Positions 17,888-26,782 of a DNA stretch of 32,000 nucleotides are shown piece after piece; within the stretch, counting starts at the first letter, position 1; every line of letters begins with the position of its first letter. A model generated the notes under the pieces. That model did no database searches, had not been told where the DNA came from, and saw only the letters and a list, made by a program, of their open reading frames with translations. Made by a program: the position numbers and the translations under genes. The DNA lies in the NCBI GenBank assembly GCA_013178305.1, contig JABLXB010000001.1, positions 656,253-688,252 of the forward strand, read 5' to 3'. Source of the DNA: Bacillota bacterium (GTDB lineage Bacteria; Bacillota; Sulfobacillia; JABLXB01).

Positions 17888-19389
17888 TGCCAGTCCTCGA
17901 AAATGCCCCCCAGAAGGACGGGCACAAACCGGCGATACTGTTCAAGACGCTCTTGATGCAGCCTGGCCCGCTCCGGACTTGGCTGGTGAGTACGGCTCGT
18001 CGCCGAGAGAGCAGAACTGGCTTCGTCGATATCACTGAAGACTCCCACGCCCAATCCGGCGAGAAGCGCTGCGCCGAATGTCCCGGGTTCTTCCTCCGCG
18101 GCGACCTCAATTGGGACGCCCATCATGTCAGACTTGAGCTGCGTCCACCATTCGGATCGGGTTCCACCTCCGGTTGCGCGGATTTGATCAACCAATACGC
18201 CCTCTTCTCGCAACAACGAAAGGGTATTCACATGGTCATATGCGATACTCTCCATGAAAGCCTGGACAATCTCTGCCGGTTGGGTTGCCAGTGTCAGCCC
18301 GATGAGCGCGCCGCGCAGCTTGCGCCCGCCACGCCAGTAGAGCATCGCACCGGAAAGATACGGCAGTGCCAGGACAGGGCTGGGGTCGCCTCCACGTCGG
18401 GACAGCTGTTCTGTGAACTCTGCGATCGAGAGGCTGACCGTATCGCGCGCCCAGTTAAGGACCGCATTCCCGGTCGGGCAGATCGCGTAAACCGATCGTT
18501 CGATTCGACCAAAATGCGGCGTTATCGACAATCCCCGAAGCAGCATCGATGGAGTAGGGAATTGCGTTGTCGGAATGAGCATGTTCTCATACGAGCCGCT
18601 AATCAGGCAGGCCGTACCCAGGCGGGAAGCCCCCGCACCGATTCCTGCGCAGTTCAGATCGTGCCCACCTGACACAATGACAAGGTCTGATGGAAGGCCG
18701 AGTTCATCGGAGACCCTCCGGAGAACCGGGCCTATCGCGGTTCCGCCAGGAAGAACCTCCGGCAGAAACTCCGGCGGGATTTCATACTCGGCGAGCCGTT
18801 CAGGCGACCAGGCATTGGTCTTCAAGTCGTAAACCAGCCATCGAGCAACCAGGCTTGGTTCACTGACATTCCGTCCGCACAGTCGCTGCGTAAGGAAGCC
18901 ATGCCAATCCGGGTAACCTCTCGCCTTATGAATCACCTCAGGATGGTACTTCCGCCACCAGAGCAGCCGTAATACCGGATCCATCCTCTCCCGTAAGTGT
19001 CCGCAGGAGAGCTCCCATGCTTCAGGCAGGGGCGCTTCATGAAGGGGCACGCCAGCGGGATGAGCCTCAAACTCCGATCCACGCACATCTGCCCCCATTA
19101 TGTTGTTTCCGAGGGGAGTCCCGTCTTCATCGGCCGGAAAGTTCTCCCGCCCCGAGGCACTGATGGCGAGCGCTTTCGGGGGATCGCGGCGGACCAATTC
19201 CATCCGCATTAATTCGCAAAGCCCGCGAGCCGCGGCCCGCCAGACCTCTTCGGGATCCTGTTCCCACAAACCGGGAGCCGGGTGCAGCGGAGAAATATCG
19301 TGCTTAACCCCGGCCAGGAATCTCCCTTCTTCGCTGTATGCAGAGATCTTCACTGAACTCGAGCCCACGTCAATCCCAAATAGGCTCAT
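17884..19389 (-). CDS. FGGY-family carbohydrate kinase (xylulokinase-like)
   Basis: 501-aa ORF. FGIDVGSSSVKISAY...GLWEQDPEEVW N-terminal signature and C-terminal ATGGGTRSEWWTQLKSDMMGVPI signature of FGGY kinases. Confidence 0.9.
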   Translation of the reverse strand: MSLFGIDVGSSSVKISAYSEEGRFLAGVKHDISPLHPAPGLWEQDPEEVWRAAARGLCELMRMELVRRDPPKALAISASGRENFPADEDGTPLGNNIMGADVRGSEFEAHPAGVPLHEAPLPEAWELSCGHLRERMDPVLRLLWWRKYHPEVIHKARGYPDWHGFLTQRLCGRNVSEPSLVARWLVYDLKTNAWSPERLAEYEIPPEFLPEVLPGGTAIGPVLRRVSDELGLPSDLVIVSGGHDLNCAGIGAGASRLGTACLISGSYENMLIPTTQFPTPSMLLRGLSITPHFGRIERSVYAICPTGNAVLNWARDTVSLSIAEFTEQLSRRGGDPSPVLALPYLSGAMLYWRGGRKLRGALIGLTLATQPAEIVQAFMESIAYDHVNTLSLLREEGVLVDQIRATGGGTRSEWWTQLKSDMMGVPIEVAAEEEPGTFGAALLAGLGVGVFSDIDEASSALSATSRTHQPSPERARLHQERLEQYRRFVPVLLGGIFEDWH

Positions 19390-19400
19390 GAGTCTCTCCC

Positions 19401-20165
19401 CTATTCGGCATTGGTAATGAAACCGCCGTCCACCAGCAGCTCCGCACTGGTAACATAGCTCGCGTCTTCACTGAGCAGGAAAGCAACCGCGCCGGCGATT
19501 TCGGATGCCTCACCGATCCTGCCCATCGAAATCCGCTCTTCGTAGTAGGCGCGAGCCGGGCCGTTTGGATCCAGCAATTCAGCGCTCATATCTGTGAGTA
19601 TTGCGCCTGGCAGAACGACATTGACCCGGATTCCGTGTCTTCCCAGGACCTGCGCGAGAGCCTTTGTCATCATCCAAATCCCGGCTTTAGTTGCACAATA
19701 GACGGTCTGCTCCTTGGCGGAAACCCAGGCGGAAATTGATGACACGGTTACGATCGCCCCGCCGTGCCCTTCTTTGATCATCTGTTTTGCAGCCGCCTGG
19801 CAGACCACCCAGGTACCCCTCAAATTCGTTTCCTGAATACGGTTGTAGTCATCGATAGTGGTTTCATCCCATTTGAGCAACGGGTTGATTGCGGCATTAC
19901 TCACAAGGAAGTCCAACCGGCCTCCGATTCGGGCAACCTCCGAGACCATCGAGACTACCTGTTCCGGTTCACGCATGTCAGCCGCTACCGGAAACCCCTT
20001 TCCGCCAACCTTCTTTATCCTGTCGAGGGTCGCGGCTGGATCGCTCGTTGGACGATGATTAACCGCCACGGTTGCGCCCTCGGATGCCAGCCGGATGGCG
20101 CAGGCCTGTCCAATTCCCCGGGTAGCGCCTGTCACCAACGCCACTTTGCCATCAAACCGTCCCAT
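19401..20165 (-). CDS. SDR-family oxidoreductase
   Basis: 254 aa. TGATRGIG cofactor motif, NAAI, and catalytic S...YCATK. Confidence 0.9.
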   Translation of the reverse strand: MGRFDGKVALVTGATRGIGQACAIRLASEGATVAVNHRPTSDPAATLDRIKKVGGKGFPVAADMREPEQVVSMVSEVARIGGRLDFLVSNAAINPLLKWDETTIDDYNRIQETNLRGTWVVCQAAAKQMIKEGHGGAIVTVSSISAWVSAKEQTVYCATKAGIWMMTKALAQVLGRHGIRVNVVLPGAILTDMSAELLDPNGPARAYYEERISMGRIGEASEIAGAVAFLLSEDASYVTSAELLVDGGFITNAE

Positions 20166-20200
20166 TTCCCCTCACCTTTTGACCGGATTGTTTTGGTCTT

Positions 20201-20977
20201 TCACTGTGCAATTCGAGAGAGGGCTCCCGGCAAGGTTTGCCCGCCGTCGACCGGGATCACCGCTCCCGTCACAAAAGATGCCTCGGCACTGGCTAACCAG
20301 ACAATCCAGGCCGCCAACTCCTCCGCTGTCCCCATCCGTTTCAGAGGCAGCTCACGGGTCATCCGCTCGTAAGCGCCCGCCACATCGTTCCCTGCCCAGG
20401 TCAGGTGGATCGGGGTGTCAACCGGGCCGGGGGCAATGCAGTTCACCCGGATGCTCGGAGCCAGTTCGGCCGCCAGAGACCGGGTCAGGTATTCCAGGGC
20501 CGCCTTTGAAGTCCCGTACATTGATTGCCCAGGGATCGCCAGCGAACCAGAAGAGGACGAAATATTGATGACAGACGCTGACGCCGATTTTCTCAAATGC
20601 GGCAAGGCCGCCTGGATCAAGAAATAGGGCGCTCGTACATTTACTGCCATGTGCCGGTCGAAAAGCTCAAGCGTAGCCCGGTCAATGGGCTTATGGTCTA
20701 TAGCAGCCGCGTTATTGACTACGATATCCACCCGCCCCCAGGCATGCACGACCTGGTCGACAATGCGAGCTGGGGCTGATGGCTGCCCAAGATCAGCCGG
20801 AACCGGCATGGCCTGCCCACCCCTGTCGCGTATTGAACGCGCCACCTCTTCAATGGGTTCAATTCTTCTTCCAACCAAAGCAACCGCCGTCCCAATAGCG
20901 GCCAGACCCCGTGCGGCAGCGGCCCCGATTCCCGTCCCACCCCCGGTAATAATCGCGACCCGTTCGACTTGTGTCAT
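20201..20977 (-). CDS. SDR-family oxidoreductase
   Basis: 258 aa. TGGGTGIG cofactor motif, NNAA, and catalytic S...YGTSK. Confidence 0.9.
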   Translation of the reverse strand: MTQVERVAIITGGGTGIGAAAARGLAAIGTAVALVGRRIEPIEEVARSIRDRGGQAMPVPADLGQPSAPARIVDQVVHAWGRVDIVVNNAAAIDHKPIDRATLELFDRHMAVNVRAPYFLIQAALPHLRKSASASVINISSSSGSLAIPGQSMYGTSKAALEYLTRSLAAELAPSIRVNCIAPGPVDTPIHLTWAGNDVAGAYERMTRELPLKRMGTAEELAAWIVWLASAEASFVTGAVIPVDGGQTLPGALSRIAQ

Positions 20978-21027
20978 GAATGGTTCTCCCCTCTTGCACT
21001 GCGCGCTCGTTGGCTTCGCTCCACCGG

Positions 21028-21981
21028 TCAGAATACTGCGATCGGGTTAAATGGAGAACCTGTCCCCTTCGGCAGGCGCAATGGGGCAATGACAACCATG
21101 AACTCAAATCGGCCTTCCTGCTCGCTCACTTGCGCCAACTCTTCCAACTGGAGGCTGTCCGCACATACCATTCCCATAGCGGTAATCTGAAGTGGATGGA
21201 TCGGATATTGTATTCCCTCAACGTACGATGGGACGACCTCACCATCTCCGTCGGGTAAGAAAACAGAGACCTTCCGCTCATGCAGCAGGGTCAGGCTGTA
21301 GGGATCAAGGCCCGCACGCCCCTCGCCTGTATAACCGGGATCCCAGGCTCCAAGCTCCAGGCGCCGGCGGTGATGCCCGGTCCGGAAGACCATGATGTCG
21401 CCCTCGTCGAGCCGGACGCCTTCAGCTCGTTCAACAGCTTCGATTTCATCGCGGGTAACCGCCTCGCCGGGTTCCAGCCATTTCACACCCCGGTAGCGCG
21501 GAACGTCGATCAGCACACCGCGTCCAACTATCCCGTGAGCATACGTGGTGATATCGTACCGGTCTGCACCCCGGACGGTCACGGATGCAGCAGGCCATCC
21601 ATTGTAAAGCGATCCCTTGTATGCAATGTGGCACAGCGCATCGATGTGAGTGTGGCAGTCGCCGTGGAATTGCATGCCGAGGAAATCGGTCGCAAACCGC
21701 AATTCTCCGGAACCAATGTCGATATCGTGCGTATTTGCCATGTAGTGAATGGCCGGATTCGGGTTATCCGGGCCGGCGAAGGCATTGATCGGGATCGCCA
21801 TGGATACGCTGCGACCGCTCCTGACAAGGGCTGCGGCCGCCCTTATTTTCTCAGGCGTAATATAATTCAGAGTACCCCTGTCATCATCAGGTCCCCATTT
21901 GCCCCAGTTCTTGAGGGACTCGAACAGCCGGTCAAAATCGTCTATGGAGATCTCGGGGCGCGTAGATTCGAGCATTTCCAT
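21028..21981 (-). CDS. Cyclase-family protein (kynurenine formamidase/isatin hydrolase-like metal hydrolase)
   Basis: 317 aa. WGPDDDRGTLNYIT and FHGDCHTHIDALCH (HxxxHxD...H motif of the putative-cyclase family PF04199, from memory). Confidence 0.7.
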   Translation of the reverse strand: MEMLESTRPEISIDDFDRLFESLKNWGKWGPDDDRGTLNYITPEKIRAAAALVRSGRSVSMAIPINAFAGPDNPNPAIHYMANTHDIDIGSGELRFATDFLGMQFHGDCHTHIDALCHIAYKGSLYNGWPAASVTVRGADRYDITTYAHGIVGRGVLIDVPRYRGVKWLEPGEAVTRDEIEAVERAEGVRLDEGDIMVFRTGHHRRRLELGAWDPGYTGEGRAGLDPYSLTLLHERKVSVFLPDGDGEVVPSYVEGIQYPIHPLQITAMGMVCADSLQLEELAQVSEQEGRFEFMVVIAPLRLPKGTGSPFNPIAVF

Positions 21982-22002
21982 CCTTCCTCACCGGCCGGTT
22001 AC

Positions 22003-22040
22003 CTGGCCCCGTCCGGACAAGTGCCAATGGACGGAGCCAG
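22003..22040 (-). promoter_or_regulatory. Intercistronic GC-rich hairpin downstream of the binding-protein gene
   Basis: Plus-strand CTGGCCCCGTCC (22003-22014) pairs with GGACGGAGCCAG (22029-22040), 11 of 12 positions complementary. It sits in the 79-nt gap between the SBP stop and the cyclase start. No U-tract. Confidence 0.5.
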
Positions 22041-22060
22041 GGCAACACCGACTAATATTG

Positions 22061-23128
22061 CTACTGTTTCTTGGCGTTCTTCTCCGCCTCTTCCATGTAT
22101 TGCATCACCGCATCAACGTTATCGGGCGTAACGATCAACAGACCCGAATCGATCGTGCGAGGCATCCAGTTGCAGGTCCAGGGGTCAATCCCGCCGATGC
22201 GGATCGAGTTGTTGTGCCAGCTGTAAAGAAAGAACAGGGCCATGTAATTCATGACGTCGTATTTTTCCATCGTGACCATCTGGATTTTACCATTCTTGAT
22301 GTTGTTCAGGAACTCGCGTCCGGCCTCATTGCATGTCACAATAACCTTCCCAGACACACGAGCCTCATCTAGAGCGGCAATAATGCCGGGGCCGGCCTCG
22401 GAGTCAAGGCCGATAATGCCCGTCAGGTTCCGGAAGGCTTTGAGAAGGGCTCCAACCCGCTGCGCAGCCAGGTCTGCCTGCGAGTCGTTGTCTTCTTCCG
22501 CTACTACCGTGATTCCCGTCCCTTTGAGGGTATCTTTTATGCCCTGCCGTGAACGCTGCATGTTTTCATTTTGAATTGGGGAGATCACCGCAACCTGTCC
22601 GGTAGTCAATCCGCGTTTCTTGTGCTCCGCAATCTGGTATTCCGCCATGCGGACGCCAAGCTGGTACCAGTCCGTGCCTACATAGGCAAGACGGTTGGAT
22701 TTGAAGAGATCCCCATCCGTTACAACCACCGGCACCTTCATGGCGATGGCCTTATTCACCGGCTCGGTCAGGGCCGGATCCCAACCACCCACCACGATGA
22801 TCCCGGCCGGCTTGCGGGCGGCTTCCTGCTCCACCGTGGCGATGTAAGCCGCCAGGTCAACGGTCGTCGGGCCGGCTTTGCGAACCTTTACGCCAAAGTC
22901 CCGGGCGAAGGCGTCCAGGGCGGGATAAACCCGTTCCACAAAAAGCGGCAGGCTGGAACACTGAGAGATCCACACGTATTCCTGATTAGCGCGGTCAGAC
23001 CCACCGATCTTGCCAACCTGGGTAACCTGCTTGTCCTCGCTTTTTGGTGGAGTTGTGGCAGCCTGGGAACAACCTGCTAGCAGAACAGCGAGCAACAGAA
23101 TGGAAATTGCCCTCCACATAGTCTTCAT
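22061..23128 (-). CDS. Sugar ABC transporter substrate-binding lipoprotein (periplasmic-binding-protein type I, ribose-like)
   Basis: Start moved to ATG 23128 (AAAGGAG SD 9 nt upstream), giving MKTMWRAISILLLAVLLAGCS with a lipobox LAGC. The mature part has the PBP-I pattern (IIVVGGWDP..., VPVVVTDGD). The track start 23215 would overlap the permease. Confidence 0.85.
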   Translation of the reverse strand: MKTMWRAISILLLAVLLAGCSQAATTPPKSEDKQVTQVGKIGGSDRANQEYVWISQCSSLPLFVERVYPALDAFARDFGVKVRKAGPTTVDLAAYIATVEQEAARKPAGIIVVGGWDPALTEPVNKAIAMKVPVVVTDGDLFKSNRLAYVGTDWYQLGVRMAEYQIAEHKKRGLTTGQVAVISPIQNENMQRSRQGIKDTLKGTGITVVAEEDNDSQADLAAQRVGALLKAFRNLTGIIGLDSEAGPGIIAALDEARVSGKVIVTCNEAGREFLNNIKNGKIQMVTMEKYDVMNYMALFFLYSWHNNSIRIGGIDPWTCNWMPRTIDSGLLIVTPDNVDAVMQYMEEAEKNAKKQ

Positions 23129-23211
23129 CTTGAGATACTCCTTTCGGGATACTCTTCTTGCCGGCCCCTGTCCTCGGTATGTCGGTGGTTCTTTCACCCC
23201 TCTCTCCAGGT

Positions 23212-24210
23212 TCACCGTCTGCTCCTGCCGATCTGATCAATACCAAGTGCCGCAAGCAAGACAATGCCGACCACGATACTCTGCCAGAAGACTGGCACGC
23301 GGGCAATGATCAAGGCGTTCTGGATAAGAGACATGAATAGTACAGCAAGAAGCGCGCCGGGGATCGTGCCAACCCCGCCTGTCAAGCTGGCGCCGCCAAG
23401 GATCGCCGCTGTGATCGCACGCAGCTCTGTCCCTACCCCGGCAAGCACAACCGCGTTGCTTAACCGCGACGCCAACAGGGTTCCAGCCAGGCCAGACAGC
23501 AATCCCATCAGCGCAAAACCGGCGAAAACCACTCTGTTCACCTTGATTCCCGACAGCATGGCAGCCTTCGCATTGCTGCCGATGTAATAGAACTGGCGGA
23601 AATACCGGGTCCTGCTCATTGCGAACCAGGCGGCTAACGCAACGATCAGCATGACCCAGAAAGGCGACTGCAACCCGAGGATCATCGCCTGTCCGAACGG
23701 GCGGAATCCTTCAGGCAGGTTGGCTACACCGGAAGGAGAAACGAGCTGGGTGACGCCTCGCAAGATGTTCTGCATAGCCAGGGTGGTAATCAGCGCATTG
23801 ATCCGTAGCCGGGTGACGATCAGGCCGTTGACCACGCCAACGAACAGGCCGGTAAGAACGCCTCCCAGGAACCCCACTCCGGGGGGTAGACCCCACAGCT
23901 TGACCATGGTACCGGCCATAATCCCGCCAAAGGCCAGCGTGGCCCCAACAGAGAGATCAAACATGCCGGCAACCAGCAGGATCATCATCCCGACGGTGAG
24001 GATGCCACTCTGAGCAGCGTCCAACAGAACGGCAGTGAAATTGTCCCAGTGGGGAAACGCTTCGGGATGCTGGTACGTCATATAGCCGCCGAGCAGAGCC
24101 AGCAAGACGATGAGCAGCAAGACCCGGTCCTCGGCAACCCGTTTGGCTATTCGTCTTGGCAGAGAATTACTGGATTGTCTTCGCGCGGTGTATTGCGCTG
24201 TCTGTGGCAT
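23212..24210 (-). CDS. Sugar ABC transporter permease (RbsC/BPD_transp_2 family)
   Basis: 332-aa polytopic ORF with GxFDLSVGA and GG.SL.GG blocks typical of ribose-type permeases. Confidence 0.85.
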   Translation of the reverse strand: MPQTAQYTARRQSSNSLPRRIAKRVAEDRVLLLIVLLALLGGYMTYQHPEAFPHWDNFTAVLLDAAQSGILTVGMMILLVAGMFDLSVGATLAFGGIMAGTMVKLWGLPPGVGFLGGVLTGLFVGVVNGLIVTRLRINALITTLAMQNILRGVTQLVSPSGVANLPEGFRPFGQAMILGLQSPFWVMLIVALAAWFAMSRTRYFRQFYYIGSNAKAAMLSGIKVNRVVFAGFALMGLLSGLAGTLLASRLSNAVVLAGVGTELRAITAAILGGASLTGGVGTIPGALLAVLFMSLIQNALIIARVPVFWQSIVVGIVLLAALGIDQIGRSRR

Positions 24211-24213
24211 CGC

Positions 24214-25773
24214 TTATCGGATTCCTCCCTCTGCTACCGCGCTCATGGGCGTGGCCATCTGCAGAATGGCAACTTCATCTACAGCGCCTGCATCTAATTC
24301 CCCCACTGTACGACCTTCGGACATCACAACAATGCGGTGGGCCAGCGCCAAAACCTCTGGTAGATCGGATGATACTACCAGCAAGGCTACACCTTCGCGA
24401 GCCAAATCCCGTAGAATTGCATACAGATCCGACTTCGCACCGACATCGACCCCTCTTGTCGGTTCATCCACAATAAACAGTCTCGGTTTGCGCGCCAACC
24501 ACTTCGCAAGCAGGACTTTTTGTTGATTACCCCCGCTTAAGAACATGACCTCACGTTCCACGCTGGGGGTAGCCACCCGGAGCGCCTTACAGGACCGAAC
24601 CGCAAGGTCCTTCACCATCCGGTTATCAATGATGCCGTTTCGGCATACAGCATCCATGTTAGTAGCCGCGATATTGCTCGAGATACTCGAAGCCAGGAAT
24701 AGACCTGCTTCACGCCTGTCCTCAGGCAACATCCCAATTCCGGCTTTCATGGCATCAACCGGATGGGTTGGAACCAGCTCTCTCCCGCCGATCCGAATTG
24801 TGCCGGAAATGATGTCCCGAATACCGAATATGGCTTCACATAATTCTGTGCGACCCGCTCCGACTAGACCTGCGAGGCAGACAATTTCTCCTGCGCGAAC
24901 CCTGAGCGACGCGCCCTTAACCGGAGGGGCGACCAGGTTCTCAACCTCAAGAACGACTGGGGCTTCCGCTGGAGCCCGCCTGCTGTCCCGTTCAAATGAC
25001 AGTTCTCGCCCCACCTCAAGGTGGATGATCTCGTCGGGCGAAGTCCTGGCGGTCTCCCGAACACCGGTGACCTTCCCGTCCTTGAGTACTGTCACCCGAT
25101 CGGCAACTTCAAAGACCTCTCCCAGCCGGTGGGTCACATAGATGATTGCCACCCCACGGTCCGCCAGGCGGCGGAGCACTTTAAACAGGTGGCGGGACTC
25201 GTTGATCGTTAACGACGACGTTGGTTCATCGAGCATGAGGATTTGTACGTCTTGAGAGAGGGCTTTCGCGATTTCAACCAGTTGGCGTTGGCCGGGAGAC
25301 AACTGAACAACCGGTGTGGATGGATCGATGAAGACATCGAGGTCTTTCAAGAGGCCCTCGGTGATTCCGCGCATCCGGGGGAAATCAACCACGCCCATTG
25401 ACGTGACCGGTTGGCGTCCAGCGAATATGTTCTCCGACACATTTAACGGAGGAAACAGGCTCCCCTCTTGAAATACGATTGCTACTCCCGACTCCTGCGC
25501 AGCCTTTTCATCTGCTGGCGAATAAGGCCTTCCCTTGATTTCCATGAAGCCCTTATCTGGACGGTACACCCCGGCGATGATGTGCATGAGGGTTGATTTC
25601 CCTGCGCCGTTCTCCCCGACGACCGCATGGACTTCCCCCGGGGCAACCTCGAACGATACGTCATCGAGGGCCACTACGCCTGGAAAGACCTTGGTTACAT
25701 GATGGACACCTAATTGCGGAGGAATTCGAGAAGCATTGTCGACGACCTGGTTTGGCACAGCCAACTTTCGCAC
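24214..25773 (-). CDS. Sugar ABC transporter ATP-binding protein (tandem ATPase, RbsA/MglA-like)
   Basis: 519 aa with two ABC cassettes: GENGAGKST / LSPGQRQ / ILMLDEPT and a degenerate second P-loop GLVGAGRT / LSGGNQQK / LFIVDEPT. The exact start (GTG 25773, TTG 25764 or GTG 25758) is uncertain. Confidence 0.9.
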   Translation of the reverse strand: MRKLAVPNQVVDNASRIPPQLGVHHVTKVFPGVVALDDVSFEVAPGEVHAVVGENGAGKSTLMHIIAGVYRPDKGFMEIKGRPYSPADEKAAQESGVAIVFQEGSLFPPLNVSENIFAGRQPVTSMGVVDFPRMRGITEGLLKDLDVFIDPSTPVVQLSPGQRQLVEIAKALSQDVQILMLDEPTSSLTINESRHLFKVLRRLADRGVAIIYVTHRLGEVFEVADRVTVLKDGKVTGVRETARTSPDEIIHLEVGRELSFERDSRRAPAEAPVVLEVENLVAPPVKGASLRVRAGEIVCLAGLVGAGRTELCEAIFGIRDIISGTIRIGGRELVPTHPVDAMKAGIGMLPEDRREAGLFLASSISSNIAATNMDAVCRNGIIDNRMVKDLAVRSCKALRVATPSVEREVMFLSGGNQQKVLLAKWLARKPRLFIVDEPTRGVDVGAKSDLYAILRDLAREGVALLVVSSDLPEVLALAHRIVVMSEGRTVGELDAGAVDEVAILQMATPMSAVAEGGIR

Positions 25774-25842
25774 ACCCCCGAAGACTATGAACCAGAGGGC
25801 CCGGAGTGTTCACGCATGAAGAATGTTCATCTTTCACGAACA

Positions 25843-25870
25843 ATGATAACACAGAATTGGTCAAGATCAA
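25843..25870 (-). promoter_or_regulatory. Candidate sigma-70 promoter of the 13-gene island operon (extended -10)
   Basis: Minus strand reads TTGATC (25870-25865), a 16-nt spacer, then TGtTATCAT (-10 at 25848-25843 with an upstream TG). It is the only AT-rich non-coding stretch upstream of the first island gene. Confidence 0.45.
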
Positions 25871-26011
25871 TCCCTTAAATCGTTGGATCTTCGTCGTTGG
25901 GCGCTAACTGACAGGCTGGCTGACGGACGGCTGGAACTTTCTCCCCGGCAGTTCGTCGTAGAGCCGTATTCGAGAAGACCCCGTGGCCACGAGGGAATTA
26001 TATCAGGGGTG

Positions 26012-26764
26012 ATGTCTGTGGACAGGCGAAAGGCTTTCATGGCGATCGGGCTGGCCGTGGCGCTTTTCTGCGCGGCGGCGTTTGCGGGACTGGCGGGCAG
26101 GGTTCAACCGCGGGCTGCGGTGGCCGAGGAAAGCTCGCAGCGCGTGATTGCGGCGACGGGAGAAGCGACAGTCAGCGCGAAGCCGGATATCGCGTACGTG
26201 GGGCTCGGAGTGCAAGCACAGGCTGACACTGCAAGGGAGGCTCAGAGCCAGAACTCCGCGGCGATGAGCCGCGTGATGGCTGCGCTCGCTAAGCTTGGCA
26301 TAGCCAACGACGACATCAAGACGTCGCGGTTCAACATGTACCCCGTATACGACTACAAGCCCGAGCCGGACCAGCAACCGAAGCTTGTCGGGTACCGGGT
26401 CGACAACTCCATCCGGATTACCGTCAGGGATCTGAGTCGCGTGGGAACCGTGCTCGACGAGTGCGTGAAGGCCGGCGCGAACCAGGTCGAGACCGTGACG
26501 TTCTCACTCAAGGACGCGACGAACTACCGGATGCAGGCGCTCGAGGAGGCGGCGCGCAGCTCGCGCGCCGAGGCGGATGCCATGGCCAGGGGCCTCGGGC
26601 TCACGATCACCGGCATTAAGGCCGTGCAGGAACTGTCTTCGTCGGTGCCGCGATACGAGTTCACGATGATGGACGCCATGCCCAGAGGTATGGGCGCAAG
26701 CGCCCCGGTGGCGCCCGGGCAGATAGAGGTCAGGGCCGAGGTACGGGTCGAGTACACATATTGA
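26012..26764 (+). CDS. SIMPL-domain (DUF541) secreted/periplasmic protein
   Basis: From ATG 26012: MSVDRRKAFMAIGLAVALFCAAAFAG signal/anchor, then ATGEATVSAKPDIAYVGLGV...SRFNMYPVYDY...GYRVDNSIRITVRDL...EVRAEVRVEY, typical of SIMPL/26-kDa periplasmic immunogenic proteins. The track start 25883 is a non-coding extension. Confidence 0.8.
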   Translation: MSVDRRKAFMAIGLAVALFCAAAFAGLAGRVQPRAAVAEESSQRVIAATGEATVSAKPDIAYVGLGVQAQADTAREAQSQNSAAMSRVMAALAKLGIANDDIKTSRFNMYPVYDYKPEPDQQPKLVGYRVDNSIRITVRDLSRVGTVLDECVKAGANQVETVTFSLKDATNYRMQALEEAARSSRAEADAMARGLGLTITGIKAVQELSSSVPRYEFTMMDAMPRGMGASAPVAPGQIEVRAEVRVEYTY

Positions 26765-26782
26765 ACAGTCGCTGCGAACACC

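Noticed and set aside
22021-22030. TTGGCAC in the hairpin loop after the SBP gene, as a possible second sigma-54 -24 element.
   Set aside because: There is no TTGC -12 element at the required spacing (the sequence continues ttgtccggac).
23129-23215. Longer start for the binding-protein gene (23215), and the similar 25883-26011 extension of the SIMPL ORF.
   Set aside because: The extensions precede clear signal peptides and good SD sites, and one overlaps the permease gene. Internal ATG starts fit better.
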